From a virus (lineage: Duplodnaviria > Caudoviricetes): a DNA stretch of 50,328 nt. A model generated the notes under the pieces. That model did no database searches. It had not been told where the DNA came from and was given only the letters and a program-made list of their open reading frames with translations. The translations under genes and the position numbers were made by a program. Below, one piece after another: positions 7,587 through 16,437 of this stretch (within the stretch, counting starts at the first letter, position 1; every line of letters starts with the position of its first letter). Location of the stretch: positions 1 to 50,328 of IMG/VR virus record IMGVR_UViG_3300037200_000052. One strand, 5' to 3'.

Positions 7587-10044
7587 GGCTGGGCACCTCC
7601 AAAAAATCGTATTCCACGTCACATCGACAATCCGGGTGAACATCAGTATCCGAACCAGAAGGAAACTCTTCGTCAATCGGAATCCATCCAACATCCTCAT
7701 CGGCGAGACAATAAGGGCAAACTTTTTCATCCCCTGCCGTTACTCTTCGTTTCCGGTTCATGCCGGCGTCGCGGGCAATGGCACCCGCCACGAGTCGCAC
7801 GACACGCCCTACCTCTGTGATGGAAATTGTCTGTGCGCGTTGCGGATCAAATGCGCCGGTGACCAGCAGCGCCGCCGCCAGCCGTTTGTAATCCCAGTTT
7901 TCTTTTACCGCCTGATTGATGGCCTTGTGCGCTTCATCCCGAACGTCGTCGCTGATGGCCCATCCCGGCGTCTCGTTCGTCTCATGCCCATGGTGCGGAG
8001 TGCCGACGATCTGCGCGGCGCGTTGATCGGCAATATCCATACCAATCTTTTCCCACCGCTCCGCATTATCCAGCGATGGATCGAAATGCGCCACTGTCTC
8101 CACTGCTGCCAGTCTCAGGACTTCCGCGACCGGTTCATACTGCTCGTGCCAACCCTGCGTCATCCAGTGGTCAAAATGAGCCCGGGCATTGGCCTGAAGA
8201 ATCAGCAATGCCGCCTCATCGCGGTGACGGCGTTTACCAGTTGAGCGAGCGTTCGCTGTCCCCACACTTAAACGCGCGAGAGTTTCAGCCTTGAGGGCGA
8301 ACGCCCGCTGCAACCGATTCTTGAGCACCGTGACCTGGGCTTCAAACTTGGGATCCGTCCGCGCAATCATCACAGGTCTTTTTTTTTGAGTATCCCCATT
8401 TCCGTTGCCAGCCAATTTTCCATATGGGCGAAGATCGTTCCGGTGCCGGCGCTCCAAACCGCGCGGCTCTGGATTTGGATTGCCGGGTGAAGCCATGGGA
8501 CGACCACCGGGATTGGGCTGTTTCTTGGCGGCAATGGCGTCTAGTTCCGATTGCTCCAGGGGTTCCTTGCCGAGTTCGGACCGGATTTCGTTGATCTTCA
8601 AGATGCTGTCATTCACATAGAGGTGGTACATCTGGGCCTCTTGCAGAGGGTCAGTATGGCGTTGTCTCTGCCACACAAATTCTATGTCGGTGTATCCCCA
8701 CCCAATCCGAATGAGTTCGTCAAAGCTGCATTTGAAGTGGTTGAGCATCGGCATCGAACCCTCGCGGTCTGCCGCTTCTTGCTCGGATTGTTTCGAGGCC
8801 CCTCGCGCCGTGCGAATCAGCGGCATCGGCGATACTCCGAAAAAGAAGCAGATCACACGGGCGAGCCATTCGTCCATCTCGTCTTTGAGATGCGAGGCCG
8901 GCGCCGTCCACGGTTTCATCGGGCCCGGTATGACGCGCATCTTGTGGCGCTCGCGAAGATTTCCTGACATCAACTCGTTCCAGTACGACATGAATTCTTT
9001 GATCTGGCTTGGAGTCCAATTTTCCGGAGCTTGCAGCACGTTTTCTCCACGCGCGCCGTCCGTGTAGTAGGCGAGTTGTGAGAATTGTCTTCGGATGGCG
9101 ATATTGATCGTGACCAGGGCCATCTCGATTGGTCCCAGTCCGTAGACACGATTGGTGCGGACATTCTTGGGAAAATAGAAAACTTCTTCGCTGGTATAAT
9201 CGAGCGCGGGCAGTCCCTTGATGACTTGCTGATAGGCAATTCCCGGGGGTTCGGGGGTGCGACCATGATAATCAATCTTGCGAGCGATGGTCGCGCCGTC
9301 GATGGCAATGAAGGAGTGTGGCTTTCTGCTGAATGTACGCTGGATAAAAAGTGTGGGCGCATCTATCGCCAGCGCGTCCTCGGTCAACATTCCCAGCCAT
9401 TGTGGAAACGTGTGCTCGTTGTCCGGCTTCTTGAAGAACGTCCTGACCTCATCAATCCGCGACCGCATTTCCTCGGGTATGGCCTTCGGGTTGGATTTGG
9501 ATTTACCACGCAAGTTCTCATCCACAGGAACAATATCGTAATCCTGAGACGTGATTTTGTTCTTAGCGTGTTCCAAGGCTCCCCGGGCCAGGTCATATCC
9601 ATCCGACCAGTCGCGCAGCAATTGAAAGCTCACGCTCTCATAAGCGCGGGGCATGATCTGCATGTTGTAGTAGTACGGGTAATCAAGTTGCCGGGGCGCG
9701 GCATCGGGCGGGGCGAGTGGTGAGAGCCCGCGTCCCGGCGGGAAGAAGGCACGAGGATCACCGAAAAGTGCATATTCGAGTCCTTGAACGGCCCGGCGTC
9801 CGAATGGCGCTGGGTCTGGAATGGCGGTGCCGGATTGAGCGGCCAACATCAGGGCTTCAGCCGGCACATCGCCGCGTATGGCGTGGAAGGCGGCTTTCTG
9901 GATTCGTGAACCCAATCCGGTTCCCGCATTCAGATTTACACCGGCCAGTCGATAAGCGTCGTGAGCGATCTGTGAGGCATCGCTCTCGGCATCTTTGCTG
10001 GCCCGGGCGTTTGGACTCGCGCTCCTTGGCGCGGGCTTTGACAT
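7573..10044 (-). CDS. Portal protein fused to a MuF/SPP1 gp7-like head morphogenesis domain
   Basis: Portal motifs (YGLGPIE, LKINEIRSELGKEPL). The C-terminal domain has RAQTISITEV, GDEKVCPYC and HPDCRC. Confidence 0.88.
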   Translation of the reverse strand: MSKPAPRSASPNARASKDAESDASQIAHDAYRLAGVNLNAGTGLGSRIQKAAFHAIRGDVPAEALMLAAQSGTAIPDPAPFGRRAVQGLEYALFGDPRAFFPPGRGLSPLAPPDAAPRQLDYPYYYNMQIMPRAYESVSFQLLRDWSDGYDLARGALEHAKNKITSQDYDIVPVDENLRGKSKSNPKAIPEEMRSRIDEVRTFFKKPDNEHTFPQWLGMLTEDALAIDAPTLFIQRTFSRKPHSFIAIDGATIARKIDYHGRTPEPPGIAYQQVIKGLPALDYTSEEVFYFPKNVRTNRVYGLGPIEMALVTINIAIRRQFSQLAYYTDGARGENVLQAPENWTPSQIKEFMSYWNELMSGNLRERHKMRVIPGPMKPWTAPASHLKDEMDEWLARVICFFFGVSPMPLIRTARGASKQSEQEAADREGSMPMLNHFKCSFDELIRIGWGYTDIEFVWQRQRHTDPLQEAQMYHLYVNDSILKINEIRSELGKEPLEQSELDAIAAKKQPNPGGRPMASPGNPNPEPRGLERRHRNDLRPYGKLAGNGNGDTQKKRPVMIARTDPKFEAQVTVLKNRLQRAFALKAETLARLSVGTANARSTGKRRHRDEAALLILQANARAHFDHWMTQGWHEQYEPVAEVLRLAAVETVAHFDPSLDNAERWEKIGMDIADQRAAQIVGTPHHGHETNETPGWAISDDVRDEAHKAINQAVKENWDYKRLAAALLVTGAFDPQRAQTISITEVGRVVRLVAGAIARDAGMNRKRRVTAGDEKVCPYCLADEDVGWIPIDEEFPSGSDTDVHPDCRCDVEYDFLEVPSHARN

Positions 10045-10093
10045 TTCCTACGAGGAAGTAAACCCTGGCAGGGAGATTGTCAACACTTCCCGT

Positions 10094-10489
10094 CTATCGG
10101 TGACCATGCTTTGCGTGAGGCTTGGGGGCGACGGGAACCTCGGCGGGCACCGGCGTCAACGTCATGGACATCCTCGACAGGCTGGCGGGGTCGCCAACAA
10201 TCGTCAGCGCGACGGCTACTTTTCCGGCGTTGGGGTCTTGGTTCTTTTCGCCTTTCACTTGCGGATTGCAAGCCATGGCGATGATTACAGAGACTCCGGT
10301 TGCTTTCGCGGTCTTATCTACCGGAAGCACGAGCGCGGTGGAAATGTTACCATCGTCAGTGGCCTTGGCCGTAGCGTAGTCGGGGTTGCTGGATACCCAT
10401 TTCACTTCCACGTTCTCGGCGGCGATAAATTCGTGGAATGTGGCTGTGGCGATAAGGCCGTTGGGGGTAAGCGGGGTTGCGTTTTCCAT
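10094..10489 (-). CDS. Hypothetical protein, possibly Ig-like
   Basis: 131 aa with VKWVSSNPDYATA, resembling Ig-like strands. Confidence 0.55.
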   Translation of the reverse strand: MENATPLTPNGLIATATFHEFIAAENVEVKWVSSNPDYATAKATDDGNISTALVLPVDKTAKATGVSVIIAMACNPQVKGEKNQDPNAGKVAVALTIVGDPASLSRMSMTLTPVPAEVPVAPKPHAKHGHR

Positions 10490-10623
10490 GTGATAGACTC
10501 CAGATTGAATTGTTGGTTGCTATGAATAGAGCTTCCGCTATGGCCGCAGATTACGCCATAAGGTATTGACCCCACCCCCGCCTCCTCGGGTCTCCCCTCT
10601 GTTTCCAAAGGAGAGTGTCGAGA

Positions 10624-10986
10624 CTACGGGGTAGTCGTTTCGGTTGCGGTCGTCGATGCCACCGGTGCCGGCGCGGGAGCCGGTACGATGTTCACGATGT
10701 TCGCCACTGACTGTTTGAGCGCGTTGAAGTCCGCCTGTTGCTGGTCGTTCAACCCGACGCTCGATAGCGAGTTTTGCAGATTGGTGATCTGCGTCGTAAT
10801 CGCTGTAGCCGCCGTATTGAGCGCGGTCGTCAATGCCCCGATGTCCGTGTCCACTTGAGCGATTGTTTCGTCTGCCATGATTTCCTCCTTTCCGATTTTG
10901 TCCAGCTTACATTCTATTCGTTCCAAAGTCTCCATCAGACGACGAAACTCTCGTCGGCTCACTTCGTCACCATTTTGTTTAGCCAC
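10624..10986 (-). CDS. Coiled-coil hypothetical protein
   Basis: Heptad pattern (LTTALNTAATAITTQITNLQ) and a P/A/T-rich tail. Confidence 0.65.
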   Translation of the reverse strand: MAKQNGDEVSRREFRRLMETLERIECKLDKIGKEEIMADETIAQVDTDIGALTTALNTAATAITTQITNLQNSLSSVGLNDQQQADFNALKQSVANIVNIVPAPAPAPVASTTATETTTP

Positions 10987-11158
10987 AGCGCGGCGACCAA
11001 TCGACTTCGGTTCGGAGAGACGTCCGAGTGGGGACTCAATGAGTCCACGTAATTCTCCACCTTTCTACTGTCGAGATATAAAATAGGGGGCATCGTTTGT
11101 ACAGCATCCGGTTTGATGACATACCTCTGGGTACGAGGAAAGAAGCATTGCGGCGTTA

Positions 11159-11626
11159 TCACTCCGGGCACCTCACGGCCACGCCGTTGACGAACAATCC
11201 GGTATCGCCATCCACGATGACACTCGCTGATTCCGCCGGTCGCAGTTCGCAAAGTGAGATGCTATGGACGGTGGCAATCTGCGGGCTGTTACCCTTGGCA
11301 TTGAGCGCGGCGCATGTGTCGCCCGATTTGATGGCGGATGCGCTGACCCATTCATTTTTCACGAGCAACAAGCATTCCATACCGCAGAGCAGTGATAGCG
11401 CCCTACCCGCGCCCTCGTCGCTCATCAGGGAAATAAGAATCGCGTGAGTCATTGCCGGGGCGGGGGTGACGATAGCCTTCACCGGAACCAGTTTGAAGTT
11501 CGATGACAATACCAAGTCACCTACCTGCAAGACCGGGATCTTCTGGGTGATGTTCGGTGGCAGCGCCAGCGGCATTCTGCCGTGGTCCGTCCATGCGTGC
11601 TGCCGGGAGAGTAAAAAATTGTTCAT
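11159..11626 (-). CDS. Stand-alone Hint (hedgehog/intein)-like domain protein, degenerate
   Basis: LQVGDLVLS, WVSASAIKSGD and VDGDTGLFVNGVAV match Hint blocks. AGGAG upstream. Confidence 0.65.
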   Translation of the reverse strand: MNNFLLSRQHAWTDHGRMPLALPPNITQKIPVLQVGDLVLSSNFKLVPVKAIVTPAPAMTHAILISLMSDEGAGRALSLLCGMECLLLVKNEWVSASAIKSGDTCAALNAKGNSPQIATVHSISLCELRPAESASVIVDGDTGLFVNGVAVRCPE

Positions 11627-11669
11627 CGCGCTCCTTCTCTGTTATCGAACCTTCCTACCATTGTCAACC

Positions 11670-13424
11670 CTAATGATAACTACCGGCCCAAGAAAGTTCT
11701 TCATCGGGCAACATCGGGCCGGCAGCGGCGAACATGGCATCCAGCCGCCTGATCTCCAGAAGGGTGAATTGCGCCATGTTGATGCTACCCTCTTTGTCCC
11801 AGATTTCGGCCTGAGCCTTGACCGCTCGCCGAATCTCGTTCACGTAATCCCGGCGGGTACAGTTGAGGGGATGCCCATGCCAGAGACAGCCGATGGCGCG
11901 TTTGGATATTTCCGTTGGCTCGCGCTGGAGTTGCGTCGGCACTCCTATTTGGATTTGGGTGTCCCGTCCCGTCAACTCTCCGGCCACGATGCCGCACCAA
12001 TCCTCCGCCGTAGCTCCGCCAGACCCGCCGTCCAAGGCTTCGTAGAGCATTCTCAGGCTGTCTACACTGTGATTATATTCGTCCTTGGGCTCGTCTTCTC
12101 CCGCCTTCCACTCGTAACTCTCAAATTCGTTGATGGTATTTTCGCAGGATGGGTCAATCGTGAACCTTGGCAGGCCGTCGCCCTGAATCATCAGGCGATT
12201 TTGCAGGTAGGGAATACCGCCGGATTCCGGCCTGACCTTGCCCTTGGCCCCAATCAGCGACGTGTAGCTTGGCAGCGCATGGCGAAGATCAGCGATCAAT
12301 AGCGCGGCGGAGTTGTCCACCGCCGCTGTCGAGGCCATGAATTCCAATGCCCATGCTCGTGTCAATCCGACATGCTCTGCCAGATGTACGTGGCTCCGAT
12401 AGAACTCGCGAAAGACATGCCACCGCCGGTCGGTGTCCTCTCCCACCAACAGTGTCACCGCCGGGTCTGTCCACCCAGAATCGCAGCATAGATGCCATCG
12501 GCAGAATTCACTTTTCTCCCGGCTCCGAACGTGAACCTGCCTGTCAAACGTCGGGAACACCGCTCCCTCGGCGGTGGCCCATATATTTTCGAGAAGCCGT
12601 TTCCGCCGCACTCCCGATAGCGCCGCCAACGGCCGCATTCGGCGCCAGCCTTCCGCCGATAGAACGAACACCATTTCGTTTCGACGTACAACCGACAACT
12701 TTTCCACCTCATCATCCACGAGGTCGGGTGCTTCCTGAATGCTTTTTGGCCGGTGATAGCCCGAACCATATTTCTTCTGGAATTCTTCCTCGGTTAGAGA
12801 CTTGTAAAGCTGTGGATTATCGGTATGTCGAGAATCGAGCATGGGTGTTCGACCGGCATCACAACGGACTTTCAACCAGTGTTTGGCCGGTCCCGGGTTG
12901 CAGTCGGCAAATGTCTGGGCGTGCGGATAAACCGCGCTTCGACCCGTTGTGCAGGTGGTCAGCTTCTCCCAGTCATCCTCGCGTAATTCTTCCGCCTGGC
13001 AGACGTAACAAAAATCTTTTTCACTGGAAAGCACTTTGTCGGCGTTGTCCATGCCGCAGACCCAGAGACGCGATCCGTTGGAATACTGATAGTGTTCGAC
13101 ACGTTCCCCACCGTATTTCGATATGATACCATGCTGGATTTCTGCCTTCAGCAGTCGCTCATAGGTCAGCAGCACGGATGCCGGCATGGATTTTAGTTCA
13201 CGACGGATGATGACGCCCTGCGCGCCGGCGTACTTGGAAAGTATCAGGTGGGATTTCACACAGCAGGCAAGGCTCTTGCCTGTGTCGCGACCGCCACAGA
13301 TCACCAGTTCCCGGTTCCAGCGGTGTTCGCCTTCAATCAGTTGCCGCTGCGCGCCCCGGGGGACGTAGGAGCCGGGCGGGGCTTTGTCACCGAGACAGCG
13401 GACTTCATAGGTCGGTCCGGGCAT
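11670..13424 (-). CDS. terL: Terminase large subunit
   Basis: Walker A GGRDTGKS, Walker B-like YVCQAEE, ADCNPG coupling motif, and RNase H acidic motifs (CCDSGWTDP, NHSVDSLR). Confidence 0.93.
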   Translation of the reverse strand: MPGPTYEVRCLGDKAPPGSYVPRGAQRQLIEGEHRWNRELVICGGRDTGKSLACCVKSHLILSKYAGAQGVIIRRELKSMPASVLLTYERLLKAEIQHGIISKYGGERVEHYQYSNGSRLWVCGMDNADKVLSSEKDFCYVCQAEELREDDWEKLTTCTTGRSAVYPHAQTFADCNPGPAKHWLKVRCDAGRTPMLDSRHTDNPQLYKSLTEEEFQKKYGSGYHRPKSIQEAPDLVDDEVEKLSVVRRNEMVFVLSAEGWRRMRPLAALSGVRRKRLLENIWATAEGAVFPTFDRQVHVRSREKSEFCRWHLCCDSGWTDPAVTLLVGEDTDRRWHVFREFYRSHVHLAEHVGLTRAWALEFMASTAAVDNSAALLIADLRHALPSYTSLIGAKGKVRPESGGIPYLQNRLMIQGDGLPRFTIDPSCENTINEFESYEWKAGEDEPKDEYNHSVDSLRMLYEALDGGSGGATAEDWCGIVAGELTGRDTQIQIGVPTQLQREPTEISKRAIGCLWHGHPLNCTRRDYVNEIRRAVKAQAEIWDKEGSINMAQFTLLEIRRLDAMFAAAGPMLPDEELSWAGSYH

Positions 13425-13531
13425 GGCCTTCTGTTACCATCAGTTTGCGGCCATTGCAATTCTTAAATCAGGACATCGCCCTCCAAACTTTGTGCTTGCA
13501 TTCTTCCTACCTTTCGGAGTAAGGTTTCGGT

Positions 13532-14266
13532 ATGAAAGCCATCGGTTACATCCGCGTGTCCACCGAAGAACAGGCCCGGGACGGTCAATCCCTCGAACGC
13601 CAGCAAGCCCTGATCCGCGCCGAGTCGGACCGCCAGCACTGGGAACTGACTTCCATCCTCCGCGATGAAGGCGTGTCCGGCGGCAAACCCGCCGCCAAAC
13701 GCCCCGGGTTCTCGGCTCTCACCGACGCCATCCGAACGCGCGCCGCCGAAGTCGTTGTTGTCTCGGACATCTCCCGTCTCTCCCGCAGCCAGAAAGATAC
13801 CCTGATCTTCATCGAGGACGTGTGCCTGCCTTCGCACGCGCACCTGTATGCCATCGACAAGGGGTTCATCGAGAACAATACCGTGTCCGGTACCATGGAT
13901 CTCACCCTGCGCTCCCTGTTGGCCGAGGTTTACCGCAAGGAGATCAGTGAAAAAACCCTCCGGGCCATGGCCTTCAAACGTCAGCGCGGGGAATTGCTCG
14001 GGGGCTCAGGGCCTTTCGGGTTTTGCTCGGTCGATAACGGTAAACGTCGCATCGACCGGGATGGCCAGGAACGTATCATTTTCGACCTGGTACCATTGCC
14101 AGAAGAGCAGGCCACCATCCATAGGATTACAGCCCTTCACAAAGCAGGCGCCAGCCTTGCCGTTATCGCCCGCATACTCACCACCGATCTAGTCCCCACA
14201 AAACAGGGCAACTCACTCTGGTATCCATCTCAAATTAAAAGACTTGTAGAAAGAAAACAGCTATGA
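13532..14266 (+). CDS. Serine recombinase (resolvase/invertase domain plus short recombinase DNA-binding domain)
   Basis: GYIRVSTEEQ catalytic motif, DEGVSG, RPGF and SRLSRS; C-terminal TKQG..WYPSQIKR. Confidence 0.95.
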   Translation: MKAIGYIRVSTEEQARDGQSLERQQALIRAESDRQHWELTSILRDEGVSGGKPAAKRPGFSALTDAIRTRAAEVVVVSDISRLSRSQKDTLIFIEDVCLPSHAHLYAIDKGFIENNTVSGTMDLTLRSLLAEVYRKEISEKTLRAMAFKRQRGELLGGSGPFGFCSVDNGKRRIDRDGQERIIFDLVPLPEEQATIHRITALHKAGASLAVIARILTTDLVPTKQGNSLWYPSQIKRLVERKQL

Positions 14267-14646
14267 ACTTTTGGGATGAACAGGTTCTCTGGATTGCTTC
14301 CCACACCGACCGCCCACGCTATTCGGTATTTGCGTTGCTCTGGGAATGGAAACTGTTTCGAGATGCAGAAAAAATCAGTCACTCATGCAAAAAACGCCTG
14401 AAATCTCAAGAACGCCGTCATGCAATCCGTTTTGAAAAACGACTGCGAAAAATAGTGTCCGAAACCAAAACGGCGCTTCGGGAAACGCAGCGTACAAGTC
14501 CAGTCATACTACGCCAACTCAGGAAAGATCGTCGCGACTTCTTTGTTGCACGAGATGATCCAAAACGTCCCGTAAATATCTGCCCCGATCTCTGGTCGGA
14601 ACTCAAAAAAACAAAACGATGGGCTGAGAATCGAGGAATAAAATAA
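14263..14646 (+). CDS. Basic hypothetical protein
   Basis: 127 aa; ATGA overlap with the recombinase stop. Confidence 0.55.
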   Translation: MNFWDEQVLWIASHTDRPRYSVFALLWEWKLFRDAEKISHSCKKRLKSQERRHAIRFEKRLRKIVSETKTALRETQRTSPVILRQLRKDRRDFFVARDDPKRPVNICPDLWSELKKTKRWAENRGIK

Positions 14647-14780
14647 TGTCCCGCCCACGCAAATCTTCCAAAGGCAAGGTCATCAAAATATCCGTTTCCA
14701 TCACGCCGGAAGCCCTCAAAAAACTGCCCAAAAAAGGCCGAAGCGCGTTCGTTGACCGGTTACTCCTGAGAAAGGGGTAG
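14646..14780 (+). CDS. Small ribbon-helix-helix-like DNA-binding protein (44 aa)
   Basis: MSRPRKSSKGKVIKISVSITPEALKKLPKKGRSAFVDRLL: alternating beta strand plus RS-x-F helix. TAATG coupling to the upstream gene. Confidence 0.7.
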   Translation: MSRPRKSSKGKVIKISVSITPEALKKLPKKGRSAFVDRLLLRKG

Positions 14781-14903
14781 TGGGCTACTTTACGTATAGT
14801 GCGTAATTACGCACTTTTTAGAGCAGAGTTCGTACAACGGTGCAATTAGTTGCACCCGGCACCCCCGAAACCTTAGCAAAAGTGGAGAATTTGGCGCCAG
14901 CCA
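14774..14903. repeat. Cluster of three dispersed palindromic sites
   Basis: GTAGTGGGCTAC (14777-14788); 22 bp at 14797-14818 is an inverted copy of 33481-33502; 66 bp at 14838-14903 is an exact inverted copy of 25485-25550. Confidence 0.92.
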
Positions 14904-15012
14904 AAACCACTTCCCCCAAATCTTGGTTTTTCCGGATGTGGGACTGCGCACGACTTAGGACGTCGCAGCGCCTAAAAAGAACATGCTGGTTATCAACGGG
15001 TTACGCTATCAC

Positions 15013-15038
15013 CATAACACACCGCACGGTGTGTTATG
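15013..15038. other. Perfect 12-bp-arm palindrome just downstream of terS
   Basis: CATAACACACCG-CA-CGGTGTGTTATG. Confidence 0.8.
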
Positions 15039-15041
15039 CCT

Positions 15042-15641
15042 TCAAACCGAATCGCCCCCGACATTGACGTTAAACTGAATGTTTACTTGGCTTGTAGGCT
15101 GATCCCCGGTCATGCGGAGGATGCGGGCCATGAGCTCCAAGGCTTTGTGGCGGTCGTGGAGTTCTAGCTTGTAACCATACTTGTTGCGTTCCAGCGATTT
15201 CACCAGATGCCCATTCGCTGCTACCTTCTCGGGATCGAAGTCGAGGGTCGGTTTGCCTTCCTCGTCGAGTGCGAGGAAGTCGGAGATGTCGGTGCCTGCC
15301 ACGGCTCCCAAGTCAGCCATTACCCGGTCCGGCGTGAGGTGAAGGGAGCGCATCATGGGGATCAATGCGGCCTGTATGCGCTGATTGCTCAGGAGTTTAC
15401 TACCTTGTACATCGCAGGTGCCTGGGGAATACCCTGCACGCCTGGCGGCTTTGCTGGCGTTCCACGTCTTCAGGTACTCGTAGACGAAATCCCGCTGTTG
15501 ACCCGTTAGCTTGGGCAACCTGATACGCTTTGCCTTTGGTTTGGCGGGGTTGTGCTCCAGGATGGCCGTGGTTGGAGCTGTGGGGCGGCTGGCTGCGTCT
15601 TCCATGGTGGGGAGCATACATTCTGGCCGAACGCCTGTCAA
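15042..15641 (-). CDS. terS: Terminase small subunit
   Basis: LTGQQRDFVYEYLKTWNASKAARRAGYS HTH, GSKLLSN and KLELHDRHKALELMAR. Start codon uncertain. Confidence 0.92.
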   Translation of the reverse strand: MTGVRPECMLPTMEDAASRPTAPTTAILEHNPAKPKAKRIRLPKLTGQQRDFVYEYLKTWNASKAARRAGYSPGTCDVQGSKLLSNQRIQAALIPMMRSLHLTPDRVMADLGAVAGTDISDFLALDEEGKPTLDFDPEKVAANGHLVKSLERNKYGYKLELHDRHKALELMARILRMTGDQPTSQVNIQFNVNVGGDSV

Positions 15642-15723
15642 CGTGTCCCTTGGGCTTGTTGTTGCCGAACAGGTGGACGGCGATCGGTTCCCATGATTCT
15701 GATTGCCGTCCTGACCGCTGGAT

Positions 15724-15886
15724 TGTGTAAATAAAGGCAGAATCGTGTCGGAAAATCATACATTGAGTTGCAAGGGGTTACGCAATATGCGTCGGGATTG
15801 ATTACATGTCGGAAAACCTTACATATCAATTCATTAGGGAAATTGCGAGGTTGTAAGTGGCATGGGGAGTGCTATTGAAGGGGAGC
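15724..15886 (+). promoter_or_regulatory. Repeated sigma54-type promoter block, copy 1
   Basis: TGGCATG-N4-GTGCT (GG 15859-60, GC 15871-72); IHF consensus TATCAATTCATTA at 15824-15836; TGT-N11-ACA sites at 15746-62 and 15807-23. Confidence 0.75.
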
Positions 15887-16105
15887 ATGAAAAACAAAAA
15901 CATTCCGAGCGGAGTCCGAAACGCAGCAATCCACGTTTACCAGTCCGGCGCAGAGGTCGGTCGGGAGCCGATAGACTTTTCGCAGTACCGTCTGTGGGCC
16001 GAAGTCCCGAGCGAAGTGTGTGAGGCGCACCGAGTCCTGACCGCTGAGCAGATCGCACGATTCGGCCTCCAGCCCGATACCACGATCTTCGCAATTGAGG
16101 GCTGA
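15887..16105 (+). CDS. Hypothetical protein (72 aa), cassette 1
   Basis: ATG 14 nt after the -12 GC; ends IFAIEG. Confidence 0.7.
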   Translation: MKNKNIPSGVRNAAIHVYQSGAEVGREPIDFSQYRLWAEVPSEVCEAHRVLTAEQIARFGLQPDTTIFAIEG

Positions 16106-16127
16106 GCAATTCAGTTGAAGAAAGTTC

Positions 16128-16156
16128 TTTACAAACCGATCTGATAGGTTTATCTT
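16128..16156 (+). promoter_or_regulatory. Sigma70-type promoter with a palindromic spacer
   Basis: TTTACA-17-TATCTT; AAACCGATCTGATAGGTTT is an imperfect palindrome; ATG 9 nt downstream. Confidence 0.55.
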
Positions 16157-16165
16157 AAAAAAACC

Positions 16166-16435
16166 ATGAAAACAAATACAGTTCGAGCAGAAATCCTTCA
16201 ACGGGCCAAAAAGTATGTGGTCATCGACGATGGTCAATTCCAGTATCCGATGCTTCTCTCGGATACCGGCGCTGACACCGCTGACACCCTGCGCGATATG
16301 GGTGCCGATGCCTACTCGCACTGGTGCGCTACTCATCCCGCCGATCTCCGGTACGCCGAGGTCGGCTCGCAGGAGTGTATCGACCTTTGCCGCGATCTGA
16401 TCGAGGCGGGCTGTATATGTTGGAGGATAGCCTAA
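16166..16435 (+). CDS. Hypothetical protein (89 aa)
   Basis: ORF directly after the promoter-like sequence. Confidence 0.65.
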   Translation: MKTNTVRAEILQRAKKYVVIDDGQFQYPMLLSDTGADTADTLRDMGADAYSHWCATHPADLRYAEVGSQECIDLCRDLIEAGCICWRIA

Positions 16436-16437
16436 GC

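Noticed and set aside
12660-12815. Intein within terL
   Set aside because: The insertion is only about 45 aa and lacks the Cys/Ser start and His-Asn end.
3669-13126. Long plus-strand ORFs opposite the structural genes (e.g. 7456..8244, 11466..12302, 12347..13126)
   Set aside because: They are antisense shadows of well-supported minus-strand genes in GC-rich DNA and have no recognisable motifs.
14840-15067. ORF 14840..15067 as an independent gene
   Set aside because: Its first 21 codons are the duplicated 66-bp segment and there is no RBS; it matters only as a possible post-inversion C-terminus.
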